Shown: positions 1-13,028, numbered from the stretch's first letter. The stretch is DNA of 64,000 nucleotides from Octopus vulgaris (GCA_951406725.2 OX597836.1:21018001-21082000), one strand, 5' to 3'. A program made the numbers and translations. Notes: generated by a model from the letters alone, not told the origin.

Positions 1-98
1 TCATAAAACCTGTTGAAGTTAACAACAAAAACAACAGCAGCAGAACTGTGATGGTGATGAGATGAAGAAAGTTTGTTCAGAACGAAAATTATATATTT

Positions 99-189
99 AT
101 GCCCAGTGGTGAAATGATGAAGGCAATTGAACCTGAGTCTGGATATAAATACCTGGAAATACTGGCGGCAGACAGAATTAGGTATGATG
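99..189 (+). mobile_element. Non-LTR retrotransposon fragment (R4/Dong-like RT thumb region)
   Basis: Translates MPSGEMMKAIEPESGYKYLEILAADRIRYDDMKEK, matching the YKYLG(I)LEAD motif typical of R4/Dong-clade RTs. Confidence 0.7.
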
Positions 190-730
190 ATATGAAAGAA
201 AAGATGGATGCTTGCAGTCTTCCACACTTATCCATCCCCTTCCTCCATTTGCTCTCCTCACGTATAAATGATCAATGTCTGCACATGGGTGATGGGCTCC
301 ATGCATAGTTTCTTGTTTACCTGTCCAACTCCTTTAGCTTCAGATCATCCATGGAGACCAAATGGTTAATTTTTTCCTTACTATTTCTAGACTGGTACCC
401 TGCTTTTGCCTTCCTTAATATTAAACTGAGAGGGGATCAAACATAAGGCAAATATTAAAGGGGATAATATGTCTCACTGAAAAATTCCTCTTTTGATATT
501 AACTTTCCTTAAGAGTGTGTCACCTGAGTAGAAATCTACTTTCCATTTCTTCCTGCTAAAGCTAATTAATTGTTCTATGTTGTCTGCTATACTGAATATT
601 CTCAAACATTCACTTATCCATGAGCGTGGGATCATGTCATAGGCTTTTCTATAATCTATCCATGCTAGTTTTAAGCTTTTTTTTCTTGCTTTTATTTCAT
701 TTAGAACTGCTTTGTATTAGATCATGTGTT
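190..730 (-). mobile_element. Decayed R4/Dong-clade reverse transcriptase fragment
   Basis: Minus-strand translation gives LAWIDYRKAYDMIPRSW, KRGIFQ*DILSPLIF and INHLVSMDDLKL, then jumps to MHGAHHPCADIDHLYVRRANGGRGWISVEDC. Contains stops, frameshifts and an internal deletion. Confidence 0.88.
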
Positions 731-746
731 GTTATCATCATCATCA

Positions 747-822
<76 letters not shown>
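747..822. repeat. Perfect 76-bp palindrome TC(ATT)12(AAT)12GA
   Basis: Counted directly: ATT x12 at 749-784 and AAT x12 at 785-820. Flanking TC/GA also pair. Confidence 0.95.
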
Positions 823-823
<1 letters not shown>

Positions 824-1315
824 GGACAGAAATGTTATTATAGCCACTCAGGAATAAACCCATAGAACAAATCTGACAAAGGCAAAGATCAACAAAACCC
901 AGTCAAACAGCAAGTATAGAATCACCTTTTGAGTGAGTGCAAAGCAGTTCTAAATGCAGATTATGATTGTGTAGGCAAAAGAGTTCATTACCAGAGAGTG
1001 TGGCTTCAAAACAACAGAAAAGTGGTATGAACTCAAACCTGTGGCTGTGATAGAAAATGGGAACTACAAGATCTTGTGGGACTTTCTCATAAAGACTGAT
1101 CATACTACTCAAACAAGACCAGATATGAACATAGAGGATAAAATAAATCAACAGTGTGAGATTTTGCAATTCCTTATGAGAGCAGAGTTGACATCGAATA
1201 AATTGAAAAAATTTGAGAAATATCAGTATCTAGCCAGAGAATTGAGGAGACTGTAGAAAACCAAGACAACAATTATTCCTGTAGAAATTGGTGCACTTGG
1301 TGCAATACCCAAAAT
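821..1315 (+). mobile_element. Decayed R4/Dong-clade restriction-like endonuclease (RLE) fragment
   Basis: Translates KWYELKPVAVIENGNYKILWDFLIKTDH..TRPDMNIEDK..EKYQYLARELRRL*KTKTTIIPVEIGALGAIPK. These are the ILWDF, RPD, KYxxL and GALG motifs of RLE-type LINEs. Confidence 0.9.
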
Positions 1316-2071
1316 CATAATTTCTTTTCAGGCATAATTACATTATTTGATGTGTCATTCAATTTTGTTTAGATGACAGAAAGTGCAAATGTAAGGAGCA
1401 TTTGATTGCTATTTCTAACAGGTTGAGACACTGTATAGAGACTATGAGATTGTCTCATTGAGTGGTTTAGAGTGGAGAAAGCATCGAAGGAAAAGAAATG
1501 GTAAGTTACCGTTTAATATATTGAAGGAAAATGTAAACCATGTGAAACAGGTAAACATAATCCAAGTATATTAAGCATGAAAAGAATCTTAAATCTGCTT
1601 CAGAACACATCATGAGATGTTTAGAATAGGCAAACAGGTCAAATGGACATGCCAACATATCTCTAGTCATGCCCACCTCTCTGCTCCACTATCCTCACCG
1701 CCACCGCTACCTTCAGTGGAAATCACGTAATGCAATGAATGGATTTTATAAATAAAGAGGATGCATTGAAGTGTTAAGGTGAGTAATTACCAAATAATTT
1801 ATTGGAACAGAATAAAAATGGTTTGAAGGAGAATTATTATAAGAGGCGATCAAGGGTGAAAGATTCAAAACCGTTGGAGTATTTACAGCTAAGCAATGAG
1901 ATTACAGACTAACCACCACACCATACAACAAATGGTTAGCCCACACAAGAGAATAAGGGATGAAATAAATTTGATGAAAATGAAGAAATATGAAGTATAA
2001 TAGCATGGGAATTATAAGAGAAAATAGGAAACACTTTGGAGCAGACAACAAACACAAACAGTTTTAGATTT

Positions 2072-2425
2072 ATCTTTCATCTTTTGCTTGTTTTCATCAT
2101 TAGATTGTGGCCATGATGGAGCACCACCTTGAAGAGTTTTTAGTTGAATGAATCAATCCCAGTACTTATTATCTTTTTTTAAACCTGGTATTTATTCTAT
2201 GGGTCTCTTGATGAACCACTAAGTTACAGGGGACATAAACAAAGACACACACACACACACATGCACACATTGAGCTTATTTCAGTTTCCATCTAGCAAAT
2301 CCACTCACAAGACATTGCTCAGCCTGATGCTATGGTGGAAGACACTTGCCCAAGGTGTCACACAATGGGGATGAACCTAGAACCATGTGGTTGGGAAGAA
2401 AGCTTTTTACCACACAGCCATGCAC
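2072..2425 (-). mobile_element. tRNA-derived CORE-like SINE (family A)
   Basis: Reverse complement has A box (tggctgtgtgg), B-box-like ggttca and CORE-like caccttgggcaagtgtctt. Same family as 12118 and 45590. Confidence 0.85.
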
Positions 2426-2797
2426 ATCAAGGAATCAAGAAAATGTAACTTCAGTATGACTTGAAGGAGTCATAGTATGACTTGCAGGAGATTTCACAGC
2501 TATTTTGAGTAGATCAAACAGCTGCACAGAGGTCCATTTGTTGACTTGTCTGAACATATGACGGTTGATGAGATAATTCACTTCATGTAGTAAACAAGTT
2601 CTTACATGTATGTTATGATAATTTATTATGATTTAATGAGTGAGCCTGTAAAAATATATCGAAAGTGATGTGAGCCTATAAGGGAGCCTCCAAGTAGTCA
2701 CTTGATCTGCTAGAAACAGCAGCTGATGTCTCTCAAATTATACATAAAAAACGGGCTTATTACATTCTCTCTCTCTTTCTCTCTCCCTATATATGTG

Positions 2798-2828
<31 letters not shown>

Positions 2829-3020
2829 GAGAGAGGCGGGGGCTAAAACAGGGTAAAACAGCAATAGTAATATATAAATTTCTCATGGCTAAAGATCAAT
2901 TTATAGATTGTTTCATTCTTTCAGAGATCTCAGTCACTGGACTGTGACCATGCTGGGGCATTGTGTCATCACAGATAGTCAATCATACTGGCTGTAGCAC
3001 TTATTTCAGTTTGATCTTTA

Positions 3021-3240
3021 TAAAGTAGAGGGAAACTGTGGAAGAGGGAGACCCAAGAAGACATGGGATGAAGTATTGAAGGCCAATTTCAAAATGCTGA
3101 ATCTTATGAAGGAGATGATAGAGGACCAAGATATGTGATGCTTTGCTGTACTCAGGAAGACCCATTCACCACAACAGAACTGAGATCCTAAAACCAACGT
3201 GCCATGTAAAAAGCACCCAGTGCACTCAGTAAAAGTTGGC
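3021..3240 (+). mobile_element. RTE-clade LINE C-terminus followed by 3' UTR motif (family D)
   Basis: Translates KVEGNCGRGRPKKTWDEVLKANFKMLNL (GRP..TW motif of the RTE C-terminus), followed by gtgccatgtaaaaagcacccag. Confidence 0.8.
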
Positions 3241-6200
3241 TTACCTTACAGAAGAGAAAGGAAAATGAAAGAGAGATGATAGCAACACAGAATGAGAGAT
3301 AGACAGAGATGGAAATGCCAGTGGCAGAGGAGGGGATTGGTGAGGAGAGAAGGAGAGTAACACCCAAAAGGAAAAACATAAGAACAATGGTACATCTCTG
3401 GTACAGGCCTCATCTCTGAGGGGACCTAAAGTACAGACTAATCTAAATACTCAGTTTGTGGAAATTTCACTTCACAATGAAAAAAAATCTCATTTTTCCC
3501 TTCTCAAATGTGTGACACAATATTTCTAACAGAAATCAACTCAGCGCCAAATCCGGAATGGTAATTTCCCCACCACACCTACCACATATCTCACTGGGCT
3601 AATAAACTAATAAAAGTAATACAACTAATAATGCTTTTGTTAAAGTTTGAACCTGTAATGTTTGGAGTAAAAAAAAAAAAACAGTAATGCTTTAACCACT
3701 ACACCATATAACCTTTATAATGGAAACATTTTCATCTCAACTCCAAGAAAATCTATATTTTGTTTAAAGTATTCCATTAACTAGAATTTTTAAAAAAAAC
3801 TGTACTTTCTTAGAGGAAATAAAAATATAAACTAATTTAATTTCATGCATATTTTTTTATTTACAGAGAAAGTTTAAATCAAATTAATTTGAGCTAAATA
3901 GAAAATAAATTGTGTGTATACCACACCAATCTATCTAAAGGGGATTTTTGAAAAATGGTAATAATATTAACATTTTTTAGGAGTTTTTTGTATTTTTTTT
4001 TAACTATCAGCCTTATCTCAGATGTAATTAAAATCCAATTCGTTATTAGTAAAGGAGATGGCTGTTTCCTGGATTTAAATTGAATTGTGATGATTGTAAA
4101 CAATGAATAGTGATTACCTTTATGCTTGCTTGCAACAAAAAAGGGGGTGAAAAACAACTAATGCAGGTCAGACTGAATTACTATCAAATAGATCTCAATA
4201 AATCTCCCATTTAAATAAGAAGCAATGTTATAATGAAATTAGATTCTCAAACATAAAATAATAATGATGATGAAAATTATGATGATCATCATCATTATCA
4301 TCAAAAAAAGAACAACAAAATGGTTCTTTTTAAACAAGACCCTGTTCAATGACTGCTGATTAAATGTTATATACATATGAAGAAAATATTGATTTCTTTG
4401 GATTAGGTATTGTGTCCCTATGATTAAAAAGTATCCAGGCCATTTTTATCCCACCCCAGCAAAGGTATTATATCTTGGATCACATTATCCAAAGTGATTT
4501 TTTTGATTTTTTTAAGATGGCAGAGTATGATTTTTTTATGGATATTTGACGATTATTTCTAGCAGATTGAGGATTCCTTAGTTAGTTTGTACTATCACAA
4601 TGACTGCATGGTTAAAAATTTCACTCAGAAATTACACTGTTTAAGATTAGATAACACAATCCAGCACTTTGAGCAAGTATCTCTACCATAGCCTCAGACC
4701 CAAGAAATTCAGTGGACAAACAGTATGGAAGCCTGTAAGAGGGACAATTCTTGTTCTTGGGTGACAGATTCAATCTACCTCTCAGTTTAACACCAGCATC
4801 TGGTTCTTGAGTGTATTTAGCAGAATCCTCTCTACCGCAAGCCTTCTTCAGGCAAGGTCTCTAACCTGAAGAGAACTTCCTTCCTCCCTTTCTTTCTCTT
4901 ACCAAATTCTAAGTTCTGAAAAGAGTCGTAGATACTTCCAATGCTCCTCTAAGAGATAGAAAAAAAACATTGTATATGAAGATGAGGCATGGTGTGTAAT
5001 AAAGAGGTTCATGTCAACCATGTGATTCTAGGTTCAATCCCACTGCACAGCACCTAGTGCAAGTGTCCTGTACAATTGCCCTAGGCTTACTAATGTCGCA
5101 AGTGAATGTGGTAAACAGAAAGTGTGCGTGGGCATGTTTGGGAGAGAGAGAGAGAGAGACCATTTGTGTGTCAGTAATGTTTACATTCTACAGTTGTCAT
5201 TTCCCTGTCAACAAAATCACCTGGTAGCCTCATGCTTCTTGATGACATGCTGAATGAAAAATTCCCTGGCTTGGAAAACAGATGGGGGTTAGAGGCAGGA
5301 AAGCCCTACAACTGTAAAACAATGCTTCAAATATCTATATTTGTCTAAGCCATGCAAGCATAGAGAAATAATGGACATTAAACAAAGTGGGGTGGAGAGA
5401 TGTAAGTTCATGACAATGTTGTAGGGTAGAAGTGAGATGACATATTAAAGTTATTGCTGTCTAGTTCCAGGTCCATGCTGATGGAACAAACCTATAATTA
5501 AAAGCTTTCCAGTCATAACTATTCCATCTTATTAAAGGTATCAATGATCACATTATGTAATGTGTCCTTCCCCCATTTTTAACCCTTTCATAACCTTATT
5601 ATTAATGAAAATACACAACTTATAAGCTTTAATTAACATTGACAAATAATCTAGAATTTAGAGGAATTAAAGATAACTGGCTTTTTTAATAATAATGTAA
5701 AAGTATTTTGGAAGATTTTAATTCATAATTTAATTTAAAACAATTTAAAATAGGAGATTTTGAATCAAAGAACCAAGGTGCAATCTCATGTGGGTTGATA
5801 GCAACAGACATAAATAGGTGATGGGGATTTATCTGAGAGTTGGTAGCTATTTCCAGCAAGTGGAGTAACCACATAGAGACTCTCTCTCATTGATTTGTGC
5901 ATTAGTGATATTGTTTCTGAGTATATTTTGTTTGGGCTTGGCTTGAATTACTATTGACAAACATGTTGAAAAGAACTTCCATGCAATTATATGAACAAAT
6001 GCTCATTGTAAAGTGGTCAGATGTGGATTTTGAGAAAAAAAGAAAGATTGATTAATATCAACATACTCGTAACAACCTCTTCTGATAAAGGAATAGCTGA
6101 GAGAAGAAAATAATTAAATAAGTAATGAGCTGAAGGTAAAATTTCACTTCTTCAAAATCCAATAACTTTGATGATTCACATCAATAATTTGAATTAGATC

Positions 6201-6378
6201 TGAAGATGAATTATATGTACAGTGCTTCTACCTGAGGAGAGTGTGTATAAAAACGTAAGTAGTATATAAATACTGGGTTGAAAAACCTTTTCAGATAAAA
6301 GTCAAGAGCTACCCAGGGCCCCACAGGCAGCCTTCAAATTTTTTCATCTAAAAGAGCTTTCCAACCCAATATTTTATA

Positions 6379-6586
6379 TGGCAGAATCATTAGCATGCCG
6401 GGCAAAATGCTTAGAAGCATTTCATCTGTCTTTACATTCAGAGTTCTAATTCCACTGAGGTCGATTTTTACCTTTCATCCTTTAGGGGGCCAATAAAAAA
6501 AGTACCAGTTGATCACTGAGGTTGATGTAATTGACTCACCCTCTCCCTTGAAATTGCTTGACTTGTGCCAAAATTTGAAATCAATA
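6379..6586 (+). mobile_element. tRNA-derived Meta-domain-like SINE (family B)
   Basis: ggcagaatcattagc head, gagttctaattcc B-box-like motif, and cctttcatcctttaggggg...aagtaccag Meta-like domain. Many copies in the window. Confidence 0.8.
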
Positions 6587-7162
6587 TTAACATGCTATTT
6601 TTTTTTTTCTAATTTTATATGCTTTGTGATCCACTGGTCCTAAAAAGAATTATTTTGTGGCATCTCAAAAGTTAATTAATTTTTCATACACACACACACA
6701 ATTCTGACATCTAATTTTCCATGCTTATACAGGTCAGACAAGGTTATGTTAGTCTTCTGTAGCTAGATACCCTTACAAATGCTAACCCTCACCTGTTTCC
6801 AGGCAAGGGTAATAATCCTTCAGGCTACTGAATAGCAAACAATCTGGGCGTGGTTATTAATTGGAAATAAATGACAGCATAAACAAAATATTCACCATTC
6901 ATACAAAGATCACACATGTTAAGACATGTGAAGCAACCGGGATATGCTTCAACCATGGACTGCAAAGCAAATGATGCAGCATATATGAAGAATGATGCTT
7001 GCCATACAAAACATACAAATCTCCATCAAACCATTACCTCAAAAAAGAAAAGAGCCATTAACTTTTTCATTACCCAAATCCACCTGTAGACCATCTGTAA
7101 CCATTTATTACTCTCTCCTCACACTCTTATGAACCCCCACCCCTGCAATCCATTGTCTGCAT

Positions 7163-7471
7163 GTGGAGGCACATGGCCTAGTGGTCAGTGCAGCGGACTC
7201 GCGGTCGAGGGATCGCAGGTTCGAATCTCAGACCAGGCAATATGTGTGCTTATGAGCGAAACACCTAAGCTCCACGCGGCTCCGGCAGAAGGTAATGGCA
7301 AACTTCTGCTGACTCTTTTGCCACAACTTTCTCTCACTCTTTCCTCCTGCAGATTGCAGCTCACCTGCGATGGACCGGTGTCCCGTCCAGGTGGGGAACC
7401 TATATGCCAAGGAAACCAGGTAACCGGCCCTTATGAGCCAGGCATGGCTCGAGAAGGAACAAACAACAACA
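7163..7471 (+). mobile_element. tRNA-Arg-like SINE, tail type 1
   Basis: A box TGGCCTAGTGG, B box GGTTCGAATC, TCG in the anticodon-like position, (CAA)n tail. Degenerate flanking repeat attgtctgcat/atggtctgtat. CpGs are retained, suggesting a young copy. Confidence 0.88.
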
Positions 7472-7849
7472 ATGGTCTGTATCTTCTCCGATACCCACTT
7501 TTTTGTATCTCAAGATGTTCTGGCATCCCATCACAGCTGTCTCTGTCTTCTTTACAGCTACTCCCACTCGTATGCAATGCAGAGTAGCATTATATCTCCT
7601 CTACAGTAAGACAGGCTTGTCCTTCCATCACACTTATATTGGTTATCTAACCCACATGAGCATGGAAAAGTAGATGATAAAATTGTGTGTGTGTGTGCAT
7701 ATACATGCACACACACACACACACACACTTGGCATAGAACTATCACCCCTCGTTCCCTTCTCAAATATGACATCCCCTCCTTTCAGTTAATGAGTTTTTT
7801 TTTTATCCCCCTTTTTCCTTCTTCCTTTTACTCCCCTGTCTTCCAAGGT

Positions 7850-8055
7850 ACTTGGTAACCTCACTAGTGCTGGTGGCATAAAAAAAAAAGCACACAATAC
7901 ACTCTGCAAAGTGGTTGATGTTAGGAAGGGCATCTAGCCACAGAAACCATGCCAAAGCTGACACTGGAGCTTGACACAGCCCTGCAGCCTTCTGGATCCT
8001 GTTAAACCATCTAACCTAAGCCAACATGGGAAATGGATTTTAAATGATGACGATA
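7850..8055 (+). mobile_element. RTE 3' UTR-derived repeat (family D)
   Basis: gtgctggtggca..aaaagcac..gtggttgatgttaggaagggcatc..aaccatctaacc motifs with a (GAT)n tail. Other copies near 10500, 39580, 48700, 50405, 51910, 55780 and 60790. Confidence 0.75.
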
Positions 8056-8214
8056 AGTTTCACTTAATATGAGAATAATCAAATTTTTTGGAGTATGCTT
8101 ACACCTGAAATACTTGAAGAAAAAATTATAAAAATCTCAACATGGCTACTAACCTTGCAAGAAATAGCACCTAAATGCCTGACATTTCACACCCTATCAA
8201 ATTAACTCTTTTAG

Positions 8215-8425
8215 AACCTATTTCTTTACTACCCACAGACAGGACAAACAAGGACAGGCAAACAGATTACGCTGATTATATCGACCCCAGGGCGTAACTG
8301 GTTCTTAATTAATCGACCCTAAAAGGATGAAAGGCAAAGTCGACCTCGGCGGAATTTGAACTCAGAATGTAATGGCAGACGAAATATGGCTACACATTTT
8401 GCCCAGCATGCTAACGTTTCCACCT
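8215..8425 (-). mobile_element. Family B SINE
   Basis: aaaggatgaaaggcaaagtcgacctcggcggaatttgaactcagaa is the reverse complement of the Meta-like domain and B box. Confidence 0.85.
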
Positions 8426-9922
8426 TCCTGAAACAAATCTTAACTCTCTGAAACAAATTCATCATTTTAAAGTGATCTAAGTTAAAACCTTGCAATAAAA
8501 TTTCATGTTAATTTATGATCCAAATACCAGCTTAATGATAACAAAATTATTTTACTAAATTCTTTATTATTTTCAAAATTAATTGAAACAAAGCAGTGTA
8601 TTTCAACAGAAATATAGTAACAATGGTGTAAGGAAAGGAGATACTGGATAATACAGTCATAATTCCCACTAAAATAAAAAGAGTTAAGCCACAGCTTGAA
8701 AACCTTTGATCAGACAAGATGACCTGGGGCTAAACAACAACAACAAAAACTTATTTTATAATCTGATCATCTGCAACCCACTGGTATGTCAGATTACAAT
8801 ATTTCAAAGAACACAGCATGTATTGACAGCACTACTGATCCAGTGCAACTGTGCATAACATACATCACCACAGAAATGCATACTATAACATGTTCAAAGC
8901 ATGTGTTCTGTTAAATTAGCTTTACTAACATGGCAGCTAGTTCCGTTTACTGAAGTCACTCACCAACCATCAAGCATACCATGCAGCCAAGCATCTCTGC
9001 AATACAGAAAGGCTCTTTTTATAGCATGAAGGTGCTACGATACATGTAATCTGCAGTAAATAATTTGTTTCATTTTATTTAGGGTTATTTAATTTTTTTT
9101 TTTTATCTTCTTGACTACTGTCAGTTATTAGACAATGGCCATTCTGAAGCAACCAGCTTCATTATTTCAATCATTTTTATTTATAGGGGGAAAGCAAAAC
9201 ATTCCCAAAACAAAAGTTTTGCTAAGATTAATGTAGCAACACAAATTATCTATATGCAAAAAGTCAAAAATAAAATTATAATAAACAAATTTGCAACAAG
9301 CTCCAGATATATGAGGTGGTATCAAAAAGTTCCTGAACTAATTATGTTTAATAAAAATAACTTATTTACCTAAATTTTAACACCATCTGATCAAACTGGC
9401 CAAATCTTCCCTCTCACACCTACCTTACAATCATACCACTGAAATCTCAAAACTATGAGATAATGCATGATTAATTCAAAACAATGCAAATAAATAAGCA
9501 TTATATATGCTGCAGTAATCACCAGAATGCTGAAGGGTTAAATCTTTCTAAGCGTTGCTATACCTGACTCATCTTTCACTCAAAAAGAGGTAAAAAATAT
9601 ATCGGATTTTCAAGATTTATTTCAGACTTTGAAATTTCAGAGAAACGATTATTAACTACATTAGAAGCATTAAGAATTATTAACTATAGGTGCTTTAGGG
9701 TTAACACTGTGTTTTACAAACAGAACAGACAAGAAATAGATAAATGAATAAATAAACAAAAAGAGAATAATCTTATTATTAGATCTATTTAGGAAGGAAT
9801 CTCAAGGTTTCAATTGTAAAACAAGCTCTTTCCAGGATGTAACTGATGACATAAACATGAGATATGATCAAGGTTTTGACATTTGCAAATGGAAATTGAA
9901 TTTAGATATAAAGGTACCTGAG

Positions 9923-10289
<367 letters not shown>

Positions 10290-11354
10290 CGCACATAGTC
10301 ATTGTGAAAAACAGAAATGAGAAACTCAGAGTGGGACTTTAGTATAAGATATTTTACACATGTTTTGCTTTTATGTCAGTTTCGAGATACCAAACTTTCT
10401 GTTTATGCAAGACATAAAGACATCACCATTGCCCAAGTGATGTCAATGTTGGGTCATGGGTGAGAGGTTCAAGAAGATATTGGCTTACAACTACATCATC
10501 ATCATCATCATCGTTTAATGTCATCTTCTAAGCCAGGGTATGGGTTGGACGGTTCATCAGGGAACTGATAAGACAAAGGACTGTGTTGAGCTCCAGTGTT
10601 TGCATTGCCATAGTTTCTACAATTGGACACTCCTCCTAATGCTAACCAGTGGGTACTAAATGCTTTTGTTATTTTTACAGAACTGAAACAAGTGAGATGA
10701 CCAAGTAACTTGTAAGACAAAAAGGCCCTCTTGACTGAGTACAGACAGAAAGGCGGTTTATGCTAAGTGTTCAGAAGCTGAAGTATGAGAGATGGTCAAG
10801 CTCAGATGCCTGGCTGTAAAAGAGATACATGGCTACCTCACATTATGTTATATCTATACATGGGCACATAAGCTATTAGTAAAAGCACAGGACATGTTAC
10901 TAAGTTATAGTCACTTCTGAGTGATGGTTGTTATATATATTATTGTAGGAAAGTTGGTGTTAAAATGTCAAAACACATTAAATAGCTGTTCATTTACAGT
11001 AGTTTAAATTCATGGCAGGTAAATGTGTATATGTACAACAAACAGATATTTGTGTTAAAAGCAGATGTTCTTTTGTGTGTGTATGCAAGTACACACACAC
11101 ACGAACTCACTCAATTATATGATGTTGTATATTTTATGATAATATGGTCTGTAATAATATGGTATACATTTATAAAGAAAACACCCCTTGTTAGTGTTTG
11201 CCTACAGCAATTGAATTTGAATAGGAGTTCAATGGTAATGATGAAAGCAATGATAATGATGAAAGCAATGATAATGATGATGACAAAGGTGATATTGGTG
11301 ATGATGATGGCAATCATTATGATGGTTGTAGCGATGATAATAACAGTAGTGGCA

Positions 11355-11570
11355 AAGAAGAAGAAGAAGAAGAAGAAGAAGAAGAAGAAGAAGAAGAAGA
11401 AGAAGAAGAAGAAGAAGAAGAAGAAGAAGAAGAAGAAGAAGAAGAAGAAGAAGAAGAAGAAGAAGAAGAAGAAGAAGAAGAAGAAGAAGAAGAAGAAGAA
11501 GAAGAAGAAGAAGAAGAAGAAGAAGAAGAAGAAGAAGAAGAAGAAGAAGAAGAAGAAGAAGAAGAAGAAG
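11355..11570 (+). repeat. Pure (AAG)72 trinucleotide repeat
   Basis: 216 nt uninterrupted. Explains the poly-K/F/L/S ORFs. Confidence 0.97.
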
Positions 11571-11672
11571 CAAAACATGGAGAACAAAAGCACAGCAAAT
11601 TTACCTTTTACTTTCTCTTTTTTAATGTAAAAATCCCAAGTAAAGCTAAAAGAATGTTCCAAGAACCATCAT

Positions 11673-11712
11673 ACTCACCTGCAACATAAAAAATAACAAA
11701 GAATATTAGAAT
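11673..11712 (-). promoter_or_regulatory. Candidate recursive splice site (3'SS fused to 5'SS)
   Basis: Minus strand reads ttctaat (branch-like) attctttgttattttttatgttgCAG|GTGAGT, with the junction at 11679/11678. Confidence 0.45.
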
Positions 11713-12117
11713 TCAGTTATGAATGTTCATTGATTTCAAACATAAGTATAAACAAAGACACAAATTTTAGACTAAGAGGGCTACAAGTGATTGATTATAT
11801 CAACCTCAAGTAGTTGACTGTTCCTTCAAGCAATGAAAAGCAAAGTGGAGCCTGGCAGGATCTAAACACTGTAAATAAACACAGTCAAGACATTTTGCTC
11901 CACACTCTACCTAGTTAGCCAGACCACAGTGCTCAAATGAGAAATTCATACAACAGTCAATAAGAAGTCTCTAGGTGGTTGTCAATCTGCTAGAAAAAAA
12001 ACAAATTACACATAAATGTCTTGAAAAGAGAGAAATACACAGGATAACACATTCATGCATCTACAAAGTCTGAGGGATGCAAGGAATAGTGATGGGTGGA
12101 ATATCTTTGATCATAAC

Positions 12118-12344
12118 TCTTTTACTCTTTTACTTGTTTCAGTCATGTGACTGTGGCCATGCTGGAGCACCACATGTAGTCGAGCAAATCGACCCCATGA
12201 CTTATTGTTTGTAAGCTTAGTACTTATTCTATCAGTCTCTTTTGCCGAACTGCTAAGTTACAGGGATGTAAGCACACCAGCATCGGTTGTCAAGCGATGT
12301 TGGGGGGGGGGGACAAACACAGACACACAAACATAATGCGCGCG

Positions 12345-12409
<65 letters not shown>

Positions 12410-12579
12410 ATATATATACGACAGGCTTCTTTCAGTTTCCGTCTACCAAATCCACTCACAAGGCTCTGGTCGGCCTGAGGCTATAGTAGAAGACACTTGC
12501 CCAAAGTGCTATGCAGTGGGACTGAACCCGGAACCATGTTGTATGTAAGCAAGCTACTTACCACACAGCCACTCCTACA
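12118..12579 (-). mobile_element. Full-length family A SINE with internal (CA)/(TA) microsatellite, nested in a family C repeat
   Basis: Head, CORE-like region, internal microsatellite and (TAAAAGAG) tail are all present. Family C sequence flanks both sides (about 11965-12117 and 12585-12625). Confidence 0.9.
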
Positions 12580-13028
12580 GCTAGAAATCTATTTTTTTAT
12601 CAGAACTGACCTAGGGCTAAACAAGAAAATTTGATTAATACTAGTAATTTCCACAACACTAAGTAAATTCATGCAGCGAGATGAATGTCTTCACACATAG
12701 AATCTTGTTTATAAGCCTCTAGAAAGAAAATAAATATTGGCTTCACAACAATTAACGAAAAAAAAATGTCCAGAGGAAAATAAATAGGCTACTAGCAAAC
12801 TCTATGATCAATCTTTTAATCACAGAGTTTGACCTTACTTGGATGGAAGCGAGGCTGTAGCATTATGTGACTTGTCTAAAGACCCAATGAAACCAGCTAC
12901 TGTAAATTTGAACACATGAATCCTGCAAAGGTTACTTTCACCTACCATCCTTCCAAGGTTTGATAATTAAAGACCCAGTTTGTGGTAGTGGGTGATGTGT
13001 GGAATTGTTGGAAAGAAAGATGGGTGCT

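Noticed and set aside
1740-2010. Possible LINE RT remnant (GMKINL-like)
   Set aside because: Too decayed to assign.
7129-7587. 152-aa ORF
   Set aside because: Runs through a SINE and has no protein motif.
8095-8130. tttcag|GT|gtaagc 2-nt exon or AG|GT site (similar weak cases near 4118, 6230 and 51506)
   Set aside because: Signals are too weak or irregular to separate from chance.
11025-11662. Long ORFs (201, 183, 114 and 93 aa)
   Set aside because: Translations of the (GAA)n and (GAT)n repeats.
12833-12915. Apparent 61-nt minus-strand exon (AGFIGSLDKSHNATASLPS)
   Set aside because: Contains B-box-like gtgttcaaat and CORE-like gggtctttagacaagtcac, so it is more likely an old SINE.
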